NCBI GenBank assembly: GCA_964469405.1
Contig: CAYXYP010000004.1
Coordinates: 7,717-71,716 of the forward strand
Length of the DNA stretch: 64,000 nucleotides
Source: an uncultured Candidatus Saccharibacteria bacterium
Lineage (GTDB): Bacteria; Patescibacteriota; Minisyncoccia; Phycocordibacterales; Phycocordibacteraceae
Direction: 5' to 3'
The position numbers were made by a program, and so were the translations under genes. Shown piece by piece: positions 38,172-47,534 of the stretch (positions are counted from its first letter, which is position 1; every line of letters starts with the position of its first letter). The notes beneath the pieces are model-generated. The model worked only from the letters and a program-made list of their open reading frames with translations. It had not been told where the DNA came from and searched no databases.

Positions 38172-38338
38172 CAGAATAGAAAAGCCGGCGAAAGCCGGCC
38201 TTTTCTTTATTCTGCTGACGAGAGACGGGACTTGAACAGCTCGGCTATGTTTTGCTAGCGAGCAAAACCGCCGAGCCAGGGCCGAGCGGAGTGAGGAGCG
38301 TCGGCGACGAATGAGCGCTTGGCCAAGCCCGTCTCTCG
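38172..38338. repeat. tRNA-Asp 3' flank: hairpin, inverted copy and direct copy of the tRNA 3' end
   Basis: cgagagacgggacttgaac (38219-38237) is the reverse complement of 38151-38169; caagcccgtctctcg (38324-38338) is a direct copy with a 1-nt deletion. Confidence 0.9.
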
Positions 38339-38397
38339 TTCAAAAATGCATAACTAAAATATAAAAAGTGTGTGGTAAGGTTCTATTGATTCTTACT

Positions 38398-39327
38398 ATG
38401 ACAGTATCTACCGACCTTATTATAGGAATAATTTCTCTCTACGCGATTATTTTATTAGGCTATCTTGCGGGCAAACGGTGTAACGTCAGTAAAGAATCCA
38501 TAGCCGCTCTTCTGATTTATTTCATATCACCGATCGTTATTTTCAATGGTGTTGCTACTGCGCTTCCCAATGCCTCAGTTATTCTTTTGCCATTACTTTT
38601 CTTTGCTTTGGCAACAATCATAAGCGCCACATTCTATCTCATCGGAAAATTTTTCTGGCAGGGTGCTGAAAGAAACGTTCTGGCGTTTACATCTGGAGTT
38701 GGAAACGTTGGGTACTTCGGCCTGCCCCTCATCATTGTACTTTTTGGGGAACAGTATCTTCCGGAAGCGGTACTTTCGATTCTTGGCTTTATCCTCTATG
38801 AAAATTCCGTAGGGTATTATCTCGTCGCACGCGGCCATTTCAAACCAAGAGATGCGTTTATAAAAATGTGCAGATTGCCATCGATGTATGCATTTATACT
38901 CGGCCTATTGTTTCTCACTCTGCACCTCTCGATACACGAGAGTGTCTCAGCACTTTTCGCAAACTTTCGGGGAGCATATTCGATACTCGGTATGATGCTA
39001 GTCGGGCTTGGACTCGTCGGCGTCACCGCAAATTCTTTGGACATAAAATTTCTGTCAGCGACTTTTATTGCCAAATTTCTCGTCTGGCCTATCGCAATCT
39101 CCTCATTCATTTTATTGGATACTCATATCTTTCATATCTTTGCGTCGTCAGTATATCCAATCATGCTCGTTCTTTCTATCGTTCCGCTTGCGTCAAATAC
39201 CGTTGCCTTCGCGGCAGAGCTGAATGTGGTTCCCGGGAAGGCGGCAATTGCAGTTCTTGCGAGTACCATCTTTGCACTCCTCTACATCCCATTATTTATA
39301 GCGACGGTATTTCCTTTAATTTTGTAG
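38398..39327 (+). CDS. AEC (auxin efflux carrier) family transporter
   Basis: About 10 TMs; GNVGYFGLP, KFLVWP, VPLASN. Confidence 0.88.
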   Translation: MTVSTDLIIGIISLYAIILLGYLAGKRCNVSKESIAALLIYFISPIVIFNGVATALPNASVILLPLLFFALATIISATFYLIGKFFWQGAERNVLAFTSGVGNVGYFGLPLIIVLFGEQYLPEAVLSILGFILYENSVGYYLVARGHFKPRDAFIKMCRLPSMYAFILGLLFLTLHLSIHESVSALFANFRGAYSILGMMLVGLGLVGVTANSLDIKFLSATFIAKFLVWPIAISSFILLDTHIFHIFASSVYPIMLVLSIVPLASNTVAFAAELNVVPGKAAIAVLASTIFALLYIPLFIATVFPLIL

Positions 39328-39366
39328 TTTTTCACACGATGTCTATGTTGTATGAATGAAACAGGT

Positions 39367-40086
39367 TTAGTGTGAGTGTAAACCGTAGCCTAATTGTGAC
39401 GCATGCGCAGAATGGTTCCGATGGATAAGTTCGTCGTTACGAATGAGCTCAAACAGCTCGTATTCATTTCGAACATTTCTTCCATAGAATGCAAGGAAGT
39501 CGGAGGTGACGGGAGTCTGTTTCAGGTGCTCGCCTTCGTTCTCAAGAAATTGTGAGTATTGCTCATACGCATGCGACTCAAAGAGGTAATTGAGGTCGAG
39601 TGCCGCTCGTCGGGAAACGAGGAAGAGGATATATACCGTCCAGAAATAGAAGAATGAGAAGAGAAACGGGATGAACGTATGACGAATGAAGCTTTGGCAG
39701 CGGAGGCGTTGCACAATCTGCGAAAGGACGACGACGTGCATCGTTTCATTGTCCTGAGCCATTCGACTGAACGCATTTAGCTTTGTAAGCTCGATGGCCC
39801 GGTGCTCATTCGAATAGAGCGCAGTTAGGATGGTGTACGCCGCGATTTCCCATGATTGGTAGGGGATTCGGGCGATAACCTCTATCGCTTTGAACTTAGC
39901 ATAGGACGGTGTGCGACCATAGATAAAAGTGCCTGAATGTACAAGAAGCGATCCGAGTAGTCGTGATATGAGCAACGGACGGTAGTGGTCAAAGGGCGCC
40001 GCATATTCAGCCCGGAGAGCAGAATCATTAAGCGACCGAGCAAGTTCTTCACTGATTGTAAATTCGTCGTTCATTTTTCCGAGCAT
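39367..40086 (-). CDS. Alternative oxidase/PTOX-like di-iron carboxylate protein
   Basis: IEVIARIPY, NETMH, FESHAYEQY and RNDELIH give the E, ExxH, E, ExxH ligand set. Confidence 0.8.
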   Translation of the reverse strand: MLGKMNDEFTISEELARSLNDSALRAEYAAPFDHYRPLLISRLLGSLLVHSGTFIYGRTPSYAKFKAIEVIARIPYQSWEIAAYTILTALYSNEHRAIELTKLNAFSRMAQDNETMHVVVLSQIVQRLRCQSFIRHTFIPFLFSFFYFWTVYILFLVSRRAALDLNYLFESHAYEQYSQFLENEGEHLKQTPVTSDFLAFYGRNVRNEYELFELIRNDELIHRNHSAHASQLGYGLHSH

Positions 40087-40439
40087 TATGTGCGGCCGTA
40101 TCGATCTTCGAGACGTTGGATATCGTTTTCGTTGAATTCACCAAACGCAATTTCAAGAAAGGTGAGACCTTCGGGGCCTCCCAGAGCTCGATGTTTCGTA
40201 TGGCGTGGGCTGAAGAAAGTATCGCCTTCCTTCGCGTTATGGTCTGTATCATCGATATGTATCACGCCAGAACCTTTGAGTACGCGCCAGAATTCGTCGC
40301 GGTGTTCATGGGTCTGCAGACTGAAGGCCTCGCCGGCATCAACGGTGATTATTTTTACCGTCGTCTGCTCGTTCAGAGTGAAGCGTTCAAAGTCTCCCCA
40401 CGGGCGTTTCTCCTTTTCGTAGTGCGACAGACCTTCCAT
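40086..40439 (-). CDS. ManC-type (mannose-6-phosphate isomerase type II) cupin
   Basis: RPWG, SLQTHEHRDEFW, ENDIQRLEDRYGR. Confidence 0.88.
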   Translation of the reverse strand: MEGLSHYEKEKRPWGDFERFTLNEQTTVKIITVDAGEAFSLQTHEHRDEFWRVLKGSGVIHIDDTDHNAKEGDTFFSPRHTKHRALGGPEGLTFLEIAFGEFNENDIQRLEDRYGRT

Positions 40440-40485
40440 AGGATATCCTCAGTATACTGTATTTTTATGGGTTATCATAAGCGCT

Positions 40486-40818
40486 ATGCATGGGGGTTTT
40501 CATCATCTACGTAAACGCATTCGCGTTGCTCAAGGCATTGAGCCATTTCCTGCGCGTTCGATTGGGATGCGCGCGTTCGATTACCTCATGTATGTCGTAG
40601 GAATTCTTGCGCCATTTGCACTCTTGCCGCAGACATTTCAAATTTACAATACGAAGAGTTCCGAAGGAGTATCCCTCCTTACTTGGATTTTGTTGACGAT
40701 TGCGAGCATCCTCTGGACCATTTATGCGGCTGTACATAAAGACAAACATCTTCTTTTTGCCAGCGGACTTATGATTATTTCTCATCTGGCGATCGTTATA
40801 GGCTTGCTAATCTATTGA
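40486..40818 (+). CDS. SemiSWEET/PQ-loop transporter
   Basis: LLPQ..IY.TKSSEGVS, 3 TMs. Confidence 0.85.
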   Translation: MHGGFHHLRKRIRVAQGIEPFPARSIGMRAFDYLMYVVGILAPFALLPQTFQIYNTKSSEGVSLLTWILLTIASILWTIYAAVHKDKHLLFASGLMIISHLAIVIGLLIY

Positions 40819-40893
40819 AAGGGAGGCGAAGATAGCGTAGTCTCGTAGAACAAGGAAATATATGTGCGTAGGAATTTCTTTGTATCCTCAGTC

Positions 40894-40966
40894 GCCGAGA
40901 TAGCTCAGTTGGTAGAGCACGTCCATGGTAAGGACGAGGTCGTCGGTTCAATCCCGACTCTCGGCT
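40894..40966 (+). tRNA. tRNA-Thr(GGT)
   Basis: gccgaga/tctcggc acceptor, cgtcc-atggtaa-ggacg anticodon arm. Confidence 0.95.
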
Positions 40967-41101
40967 CAAAATTGGGAAAAGTAAAGACATGATGTATTCT
41001 AGTCTGAGTTGCTAGTGTCACCAAAGTTCAGCTGGTGGGTTGTCGACGATTGGTATCGTGACAAAAAATTCTTGTTCTGTAAACGTAATCGAATACCGTA
41101 A

Positions 41102-41174
41102 GCCGCCTTAGCTCAGTTGGTAGAGCGACTGCATCGTAAGCAGTAGGTCCCCAGTTCAAGCCTGGGAGGCGGCT
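41102..41174 (+). tRNA. tRNA-Thr(CGT)
   Basis: gccgcct/aggcggc acceptor, actgc-atcgtaa-gcagt anticodon arm. Confidence 0.95.
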
Positions 41175-41233
41175 CATTCAGTAGAATCTATGTCCAAAGA
41201 CACGAATTTGTAAATTCGCCTACTGGGTCAAAA

Positions 41234-41923
41234 ATGGAAATCCAAACAACGACCCCAGACGACAATGCTTCACAGAAGGAGGCACGTCGCGATGCGTTTA
41301 AAAATTTAGCCTTCATCTTACTTACCGTCGGTGCCGCATACGTGCTGACTGTCTCAATCGGAATTGATGGTCTTGAGCGGCTTGTGGAACGAGTAGGTAT
41401 ATGGGGTCCGCTTGCGATTATTGCGCTTAAGATGACAACGATTATCATTGTGCCGCTCTCCGGTGGCCCCGTCTATGCAGTCGCGGGAGCTGCGTTCGGT
41501 TTTTGGCAGGGACTGGGGATCACATTTATTGGTGACGTGCTCGGGTTTTCCGTTGCGTTTTATTTGAGTCGTTTTTTTGGTCGGAAAATAATTGACGTGT
41601 TTGTCCCGCGCACCCAGTTTCCTTTTATAGAAAAGTTTCTCACGCAAGGGTCGGTGCTCAAATCGTTCCTCAAGGCGCGTCTCGCGTTCACCGGATTTCC
41701 CGAAGTTTTTGCCTACGCCGCGGGCCTTACAGAGGTCTCATTCCTCGTTTTTATAGTCGCACAAATGGCGCTCCACACGCCGGTAGTTGCGCTTGTGGTT
41801 TTGTTCGGGAATGCGCTGCTCACGGGCAACCCACTTTTCTTTATTTGTGCGACGGTTGTTGGCGTTCTCTTGGCTATAATTGGCGGATGGTGGTTTAAGC
41901 GCGATCTCATCCATGAGGCCTAG
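41234..41923 (+). CDS. TVP38/TMEM64 (VTT/DedA superfamily) membrane protein
   Basis: IVPLSG..AGAAFGFWQG..G..AFYLSRFFGR; YAAGLT. Confidence 0.85.
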   Translation: MEIQTTTPDDNASQKEARRDAFKNLAFILLTVGAAYVLTVSIGIDGLERLVERVGIWGPLAIIALKMTTIIIVPLSGGPVYAVAGAAFGFWQGLGITFIGDVLGFSVAFYLSRFFGRKIIDVFVPRTQFPFIEKFLTQGSVLKSFLKARLAFTGFPEVFAYAAGLTEVSFLVFIVAQMALHTPVVALVVLFGNALLTGNPLFFICATVVGVLLAIIGGWWFKRDLIHEA

Positions 41924-41943
41924 GGTTCAGAGATATAAAATAG

Positions 41944-41971
41944 GGGCTCCTTGAGGTGTCTCAAGGAGCCC
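41944..41971. terminator. Hairpin between convergent genes
   Basis: gggctccttgag-gtgt-ctcaaggagccc. Confidence 0.7.
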
Positions 41972-41978
41972 GCTTTGT

Positions 41979-42416
41979 TCATGCTGGTCTCGCAAATACT
42001 TCTGCAATGAGGATTTTGTGCCGACCAAGAAGATCGGGTATCTCCAGGACTTTGGCAGTTGGGAATGCTTCGATCAACAAAGTTTGGTCGTCCTCTCGGC
42101 CGAATTTGTGTCGCGTGTTGAACTTTTTTTGCGTTACCTTTGCGATGCAGAGATGGGGAATATATAAAGCGCCATTATGTCGGTGCCACGAATGAAACGA
42201 CATTTCTTCCTGAAGGAGGCGGATACCAGTCTCTTCTCTGCATTCCCGTATTGCTGCGGCGGCAACACTCTCACCTTCTGGGTTAATATGACCTCCCGGC
42301 AGTTTCCAAAAAGGTTTCTTAAACCCCTCATTCTTAACCAGAATGATTTCCCCATTCGGTGAGAGTATGCACGTCATAACCGATCCTTTATCCGGACCTA
42401 TCTTTTGTGGGTCCAT
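41979..42416 (-). CDS. NUDIX hydrolase
   Basis: [27 protein letters not shown] Nudix box; AGGAG SD before ATG 42416. Confidence 0.88.
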   Translation of the reverse strand: MDPQKIGPDKGSVMTCILSPNGEIILVKNEGFKKPFWKLPGGHINPEGESVAAAAIRECREETGIRLLQEEMSFHSWHRHNGALYIPHLCIAKVTQKKFNTRHKFGREDDQTLLIEAFPTAKVLEIPDLLGRHKILIAEVFARPA

Positions 42417-42522
42417 AGACATCTCCTGTCTGATTGTGGGGTACGTGAACGTTCTTCTATACCTACAATACAAATTATTTGATATATGTCAAGTACCGGA
42501 TAAAATCTGGTACAATTCTTCG

Positions 42523-43398
42523 ATGTCTGAGAGAGAGCAGCGGCTGGCAGAGCTTGAGGCGATGATGGCATCACCTGACTTCTGGCTGGACAAGGAGCAG
42601 GCACAGATTTTCATACAGGAGTATCAAGCGCTTAAAGAGGGTGGCGAGGACGATCCGCATGATCGAGGCGATGCGACGCTCGCTATTCTTGCAGGAGCCG
42701 GGGGTGATGATGCCGAGGATTTCGCACGAATGCTCCGTCGGATGTATGAAGGATATGCGACGAAGCAGGGTTGGCGCGTGCGCGAGCTCCACGCGAACGA
42801 GAATGATCAGGGCGGCTATCGTAATGTCATGCTCGAATTCAGTGGTACAGGCGTATACGGGCGTTTGAGACATGAAGCGGGGGTGCATCGTTTGGTGCGC
42901 CAGTCGCCTTTTAATGCGAACGCCAAACGGCAGACGAGTTTTGCCCTCATCGAAGTGCTTCCGGTCCTGATTGCGACCGACAAGGTCGAACTAAGGCCGG
43001 ATGATATTGAGATACAGTTTGCCCGCGCAGGCGGCGCAGGCGGGCAGAATGTTAATAAGCGCGAGACGGCGGTGCGCATCCTCCATAAGCCAACTAATCT
43101 CTCTGTGCATATCTCAAGCGAGCGCAGCCAGCTCGCTAATCGCGAGAAGGCGCTTGAGCTCCTGAAAGCGAAGATTTTTGCCAAAGAAGAGGCCGAGCGT
43201 CAGGCAGTAGCAAAAGGTCGTTCTATTGCAGCAACGACCGCGAATGAATGGGGGAGTCAAATGCGCTCCTACGTGCTCCACCCATATAAGATGGTCAAAG
43301 ATCATCGTACGAATTATGAATCTTCCAACCCGGAGAAAATCCTTGATGGAGACCTTGATGGGTTTATAGACGCATCTGCCAAGGGTGGGGTACAATAG
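42523..43398 (+). CDS. prfB: Peptide chain release factor 2 (short N-domain, no programmed frameshift)
   Basis: RLVRQSPF (SPF), [23 protein letters not shown]; start 6 nt after TGGTACAAT. Confidence 0.93.
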   Translation: MSEREQRLAELEAMMASPDFWLDKEQAQIFIQEYQALKEGGEDDPHDRGDATLAILAGAGGDDAEDFARMLRRMYEGYATKQGWRVRELHANENDQGGYRNVMLEFSGTGVYGRLRHEAGVHRLVRQSPFNANAKRQTSFALIEVLPVLIATDKVELRPDDIEIQFARAGGAGGQNVNKRETAVRILHKPTNLSVHISSERSQLANREKALELLKAKIFAKEEAERQAVAKGRSIAATTANEWGSQMRSYVLHPYKMVKDHRTNYESSNPEKILDGDLDGFIDASAKGGVQ

Positions 43399-43407
43399 AA
43401 AACGACA

Positions 43408-44085
43408 ATGATTTATTTCGACAAGGTGACGAAGCGATATGGAGACGCGGTGGCACTCGAGGAAGTCACACTCTCGGTCGCGCCTAAAGAATTCATCTCC
43501 ATCGTCGGTCATTCGGGTGCGGGGAAAACAACACTCCTGAAACTCCTTCTCGCCGAAGAAAAACCGACTGACGGTACCGTTTTTTTTGAATCAATTGATG
43601 TAAACGACCTACCGAGCTCGGCGTTGCATTATTATCGGCGCAAGATAGGGATGGTTTTCCAGGATTTTCGTCTCATTCCTAACAAGACTGCTTATGAAAA
43701 CATCGCTTTTGCGATGGAAGCCGCAGGTCGCTCAGACACCGAGATCGCAAGTGATGTGCCCTACATTCTTGAATTGGTTAATCTTGCCGATAAAGCCTCA
43801 CATTTCCCTGATCAGCTCTCAGGAGGCGAGAAACAGCGTATTGCCATCGGTCGGGCCATTATCAATCAGCCAGATCTCATAGTTGCTGATGAGCCGACCG
43901 GCAATCTTGATCCGATCAATACATATGAAGTCGTTGAAATACTCAAGAAAATAAATGAGCTTGGTACGACCATTATCATCACGACGCACAACAAGGGTGT
44001 GGTTGACGCTATCGGGAAACGAGTCATTACCATCGATCGCGGGAAGTTAGTGCGAGACGATGCGGGCGGAAAATATTCCTTATGA
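43408..44085 (+). CDS. ftsE: Cell division ATP-binding protein FtsE
   Basis: GHSGAGKT, VFQDFRL, LSGGEKQR, ADEPTGNLDP; lies upstream of ftsX. Confidence 0.93.
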   Translation: MIYFDKVTKRYGDAVALEEVTLSVAPKEFISIVGHSGAGKTTLLKLLLAEEKPTDGTVFFESIDVNDLPSSALHYYRRKIGMVFQDFRLIPNKTAYENIAFAMEAAGRSDTEIASDVPYILELVNLADKASHFPDQLSGGEKQRIAIGRAIINQPDLIVADEPTGNLDPINTYEVVEILKKINELGTTIIITTHNKGVVDAIGKRVITIDRGKLVRDDAGGKYSL

Positions 44086-44122
44086 ATATAAAAAATTGTG
44101 CACCTGATATACTAGTCACATT

Positions 44123-45049
44123 ATGATCTGGATGGTTATAAAACGAGTCCTTGTGGGTGGTGGCAAGAACTTTGCCCGTGGCGGAGCAGTCTCGGCCGCG
44201 ACCGTGCTTATTATGACCGTGACACTTGCGATTATTGGCTCATTGATTTTCCTTTCAGCGCTCCTGACTTTTACTTTGGATACGATTAAAGACAAGGTCG
44301 ACGTCTCGGTGTTTTTTGTTACGACAGCCAGTGAGGCAGATATTCTCGCTGTGAAGGACCAGCTTGAGAAATTGCCGCAAGTATCGAGTATCGTTTATAC
44401 CTCAGCTGACGACGCTCTCACGGCCTTCCGTGCCCGACATGCGAATGATCAGCTGACTCTTCAGGCGCTTAACGAGCTTGGCGGTAATCCTCTTGACGCC
44501 TCGCTTGAAGTACAGGCGAAAGATCCTTCCGGATACGAAAGCATAGTGAATTTTCTCGAGGCATCACCGACACTATCTGCTGGTGGGACATCTCTGGTTG
44601 ACCGCATAAATTATGCGCAGAATAAAGAAATAATTGATCGTCTTTCGCTCGCGATACGAGCGACGCGTGAAATTGGTTTCGCCATCATTGTCCTTTTTGC
44701 AATCGCTTCGATTCTTATCGCATTTGCGACCGTCCGTCTCGCGATTTATAGCGCGAAGGAAGAAATTTCGGTCATGAGGCTCGTGGGCGCCAGCAACACC
44801 TATATCCAAGGACCATTTATAGTTACGGGAGTCATTACGGGTGTTATTGCGGCAACTATTGTTTTATTGCTCTTGTGGCCAGCAACATGGTACGCCGGAA
44901 TTAAAACTGTAGGATGGTTTGGCGGCTTCAATCTGGCGGATTATTACAGTACCCATTTTCCTGTCGTCTTCTCCATACTGATGCTCTCGGGTGTTTTGCT
45001 CGGAGCGGTCGCCTCGATGCTCGCTATCCGTAGATATTTGAAAGTCTAG
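44123..45049 (+). CDS. ftsX: Cell division permease FtsX
   Basis: 1+3 TM layout, NPL, EISVMRLVGAS..YI.GPF. Confidence 0.92.
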   Translation: MIWMVIKRVLVGGGKNFARGGAVSAATVLIMTVTLAIIGSLIFLSALLTFTLDTIKDKVDVSVFFVTTASEADILAVKDQLEKLPQVSSIVYTSADDALTAFRARHANDQLTLQALNELGGNPLDASLEVQAKDPSGYESIVNFLEASPTLSAGGTSLVDRINYAQNKEIIDRLSLAIRATREIGFAIIVLFAIASILIAFATVRLAIYSAKEEISVMRLVGASNTYIQGPFIVTGVITGVIAATIVLLLLWPATWYAGIKTVGWFGGFNLADYYSTHFPVVFSILMLSGVLLGAVASMLAIRRYLKV

Positions 45050-45056
45050 TTCCTGT

Positions 45057-46715
45057 ATGGCAAAAGAAGGTCATAAATACATATTTGTTCTTGGTGGAGT
45101 CATGAGTGGTGTAGGGAAGGGTGTCGTTACGAGTTCCATTGGATTATTGCTCCAACAGAAAGGCTATAAGATGAATCTGGTAAAAGTCGATCCGTATCTT
45201 AATGTTGATGCGGGCACGATGAATCCAACCGAGCATGGGGAGGTGTTTGTGCTTCGAAGCGGGCTTGAGACAGATCAAGATATGGGGAATTACGAACGTT
45301 TCCTTGGGCGCGATCTCACGAACGAAGATTACATGACGAGCGGCATGGTGTATCAATCGGTCATCGCTCGCGAGCGAGCACTCGAGTATGGCGGTAGATG
45401 TGTGGAAGCTATTCCTCATGTGCGCGATGAGATCTTGAGGCGTATCGAATCTGCGTCCGACTACAACGGCAGCCAGGTCTCAGTCATCGAGATCGGTGGA
45501 ACAATCGGCGATTTTCAGAATGCTCTCTTTATCGAAGCGGCACGTGTGCTAAAGATGAAGCACCCAGAGGACGTGCTTTTCGTTATGGTGTCATATTTGC
45601 CTACACCGGGGACTCTCGGCGAGATGAAGACGAAGCCAACTCAGATGGCGGTACGCGACCTCAATTCTTACGGGGTACAGCCAGATTTTATCGTCGCGCG
45701 CTCAAAAGAGCCCGTTGATGAGAAGCGGAAGGAGAAGCTGGCTATTTGGTGCAATGTGCGCAAGGACCGCATCATCAGCGCGCCAGATATCAGTAGTATC
45801 TACGAAGCTCCGCTCAACTTCGAGAAAGATAATCTCGGTGACGCTATGCTTGATGCGCTCAAATTGCCGGAGAAGAAAAAAGCATCCCTTGCCGCGTGGA
45901 AGAAGTTCGCACGCGCGGCCGCACATACAAAAGCACCAGAAGTAACTGTCGCGATCGTCGGGAAATATTTTGATACTGGCGATTTCATGCTCTCAGACGC
46001 GTATCTTTCAGTTATTGAAGCAATTAAGTTTTCTGCGGCCAAGCTCGGCCATCGTGCGAAAATAGCTTGGGTTAATTCAAAAGATATTGAGAAGGGCGGT
46101 GCAAAAGCAGCTGCCGTGCTCGGGGAATATGATGGCATCATCGTTCCTGGAGGCTTTGGCGAGACTGGTATCGAAGGTAAGATTAAAGCGATACAATTCG
46201 CACGCGAAAATAAGATTCCGTACTTCGGTCTCTGTTACGGCATGCAGCTCATGGTAATCGAGTACGCACGCAATGTGCTTGGGCTGAGGGATGCGCACAC
46301 GACCGAAATCAAGAAGACTGCCGAACATCCTGTCGTTGATGTGATGTTGGAACAGAAAAAGCATCTCGCTGATAACAAATATGGCGGGACCATGCGTCTC
46401 GGCGTGTACACGGCACATCTTAAGAAGGATACTATTGCTCGTGCTGCGTATAAGAAAGAATTAGTTGAGGAACGTCACCGTCACCGCTACGAAATAAATT
46501 CGTCGTACGTTAAGAAACTTGAAGATGTCGGTCTTGTCTTCTCCGGCACCTCTCCTGATGGCGTTCTGATGGAGATTGCTGAGCTCCCGCGCTCGGTGCA
46601 TCCTTTTATGCTGGGCACCCAGTTCCATCCCGAATTCCAGGCGCGTCCTTTGGATCCACACCCGCTTTTTACCGAGTTTCTTCGGGCCGCTATCGATCGA
46701 AAGAAAAGAAAATAA
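45057..46715 (+). CDS. pyrG: CTP synthase
   Basis: GGVMSGVGKG, DPYLNVDAGTMNP, KTKPTQ, GLCYGMQ, ERHRHRYE, QFHPE. Confidence 0.97.
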   Translation: MAKEGHKYIFVLGGVMSGVGKGVVTSSIGLLLQQKGYKMNLVKVDPYLNVDAGTMNPTEHGEVFVLRSGLETDQDMGNYERFLGRDLTNEDYMTSGMVYQSVIARERALEYGGRCVEAIPHVRDEILRRIESASDYNGSQVSVIEIGGTIGDFQNALFIEAARVLKMKHPEDVLFVMVSYLPTPGTLGEMKTKPTQMAVRDLNSYGVQPDFIVARSKEPVDEKRKEKLAIWCNVRKDRIISAPDISSIYEAPLNFEKDNLGDAMLDALKLPEKKKASLAAWKKFARAAAHTKAPEVTVAIVGKYFDTGDFMLSDAYLSVIEAIKFSAAKLGHRAKIAWVNSKDIEKGGAKAAAVLGEYDGIIVPGGFGETGIEGKIKAIQFARENKIPYFGLCYGMQLMVIEYARNVLGLRDAHTTEIKKTAEHPVVDVMLEQKKHLADNKYGGTMRLGVYTAHLKKDTIARAAYKKELVEERHRHRYEINSSYVKKLEDVGLVFSGTSPDGVLMEIAELPRSVHPFMLGTQFHPEFQARPLDPHPLFTEFLRAAIDRKKRK

Positions 46716-46717
46716 AT

Positions 46718-47524
46718 ATGGAAGCTATCATTGAGGTGAAGAATCTCACAAAAAAATTTGGCGATTTTGTTGCCGTACAGGACGTCTCATTTTCGGTTGA
46801 GGAGGGAGGTATCTTTGCATTTCTCGGACCTAATGGAGCGGGCAAATCGACGACGATTAAAATGATCACAACGCTGCTGCGCCCGACTTCAGGAACTATC
46901 ATTATCAATGGCCACGATCCCGCTATCAATCCCGATTTTGTACGAACATCCTTCGGTATCGTCTTCCAGGATCCTTCGCTTGACGATGATTTGACTGCAC
47001 TTGAGAATCTACATTTGCACGGAATTCTCTACGGCGTACCGAAAGACATGTTGAAGAGACGCATTGATGAGATGCTTACGCTTGTCGAGCTCACGGATCG
47101 TCGGCACGACTTTGTGCGTGATTTTTCGGGCGGGATGAAGCGTCGTTTGGAGATAGCTCGTGGACTTCTGCATCATCCGAAAATCATTTTTCTCGATGAG
47201 CCGACCTTGGGTCTCGACCCGCAGACGCGTAATCATCTCTGGAGTTATGTACAGAAGCTAAATGCCGATGAAGGTATAACCGTTTTCTTTACCACGCACT
47301 ACATGGAAGAAGCCGAGCGCGTCGCAAAAAAAATCGCCATCATTGATCATGGTGTCATTATTGCTCAAGGAAGTAATGATGAATTGAAGAAACAGACAAG
47401 TACAACAACGCTCGAGGAGGCTTTTTTGAAGCTTACCGGAAGCGATATCAGGCACGAAGCGGGTAATGCTCTCGAACTGTCACGCGCGCATCAACGGATG
47501 TGGCAAGGCACCAATCGTCGCTAA
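46718..47524 (+). CDS. ABC-2 type exporter ATPase (DrrA-like)
   Basis: GPNGAGKS, FSGGMKRRLEIA, LDEPTLGLDP, TTHYMEEA. Confidence 0.92.
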   Translation: MEAIIEVKNLTKKFGDFVAVQDVSFSVEEGGIFAFLGPNGAGKSTTIKMITTLLRPTSGTIIINGHDPAINPDFVRTSFGIVFQDPSLDDDLTALENLHLHGILYGVPKDMLKRRIDEMLTLVELTDRRHDFVRDFSGGMKRRLEIARGLLHHPKIIFLDEPTLGLDPQTRNHLWSYVQKLNADEGITVFFTTHYMEEAERVAKKIAIIDHGVIIAQGSNDELKKQTSTTTLEEAFLKLTGSDIRHEAGNALELSRAHQRMWQGTNRR

Positions 47525-47534
47525 TTGTATGCAT

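Noticed and set aside
42343-42522. N-terminal extension or frameshifted first segment of prfB
   Set aside because: It overlaps the divergent NUDIX gene, has no RF2 similarity or CTT-TGA site, and a -10 box sits 6 nt before ATG 42523.
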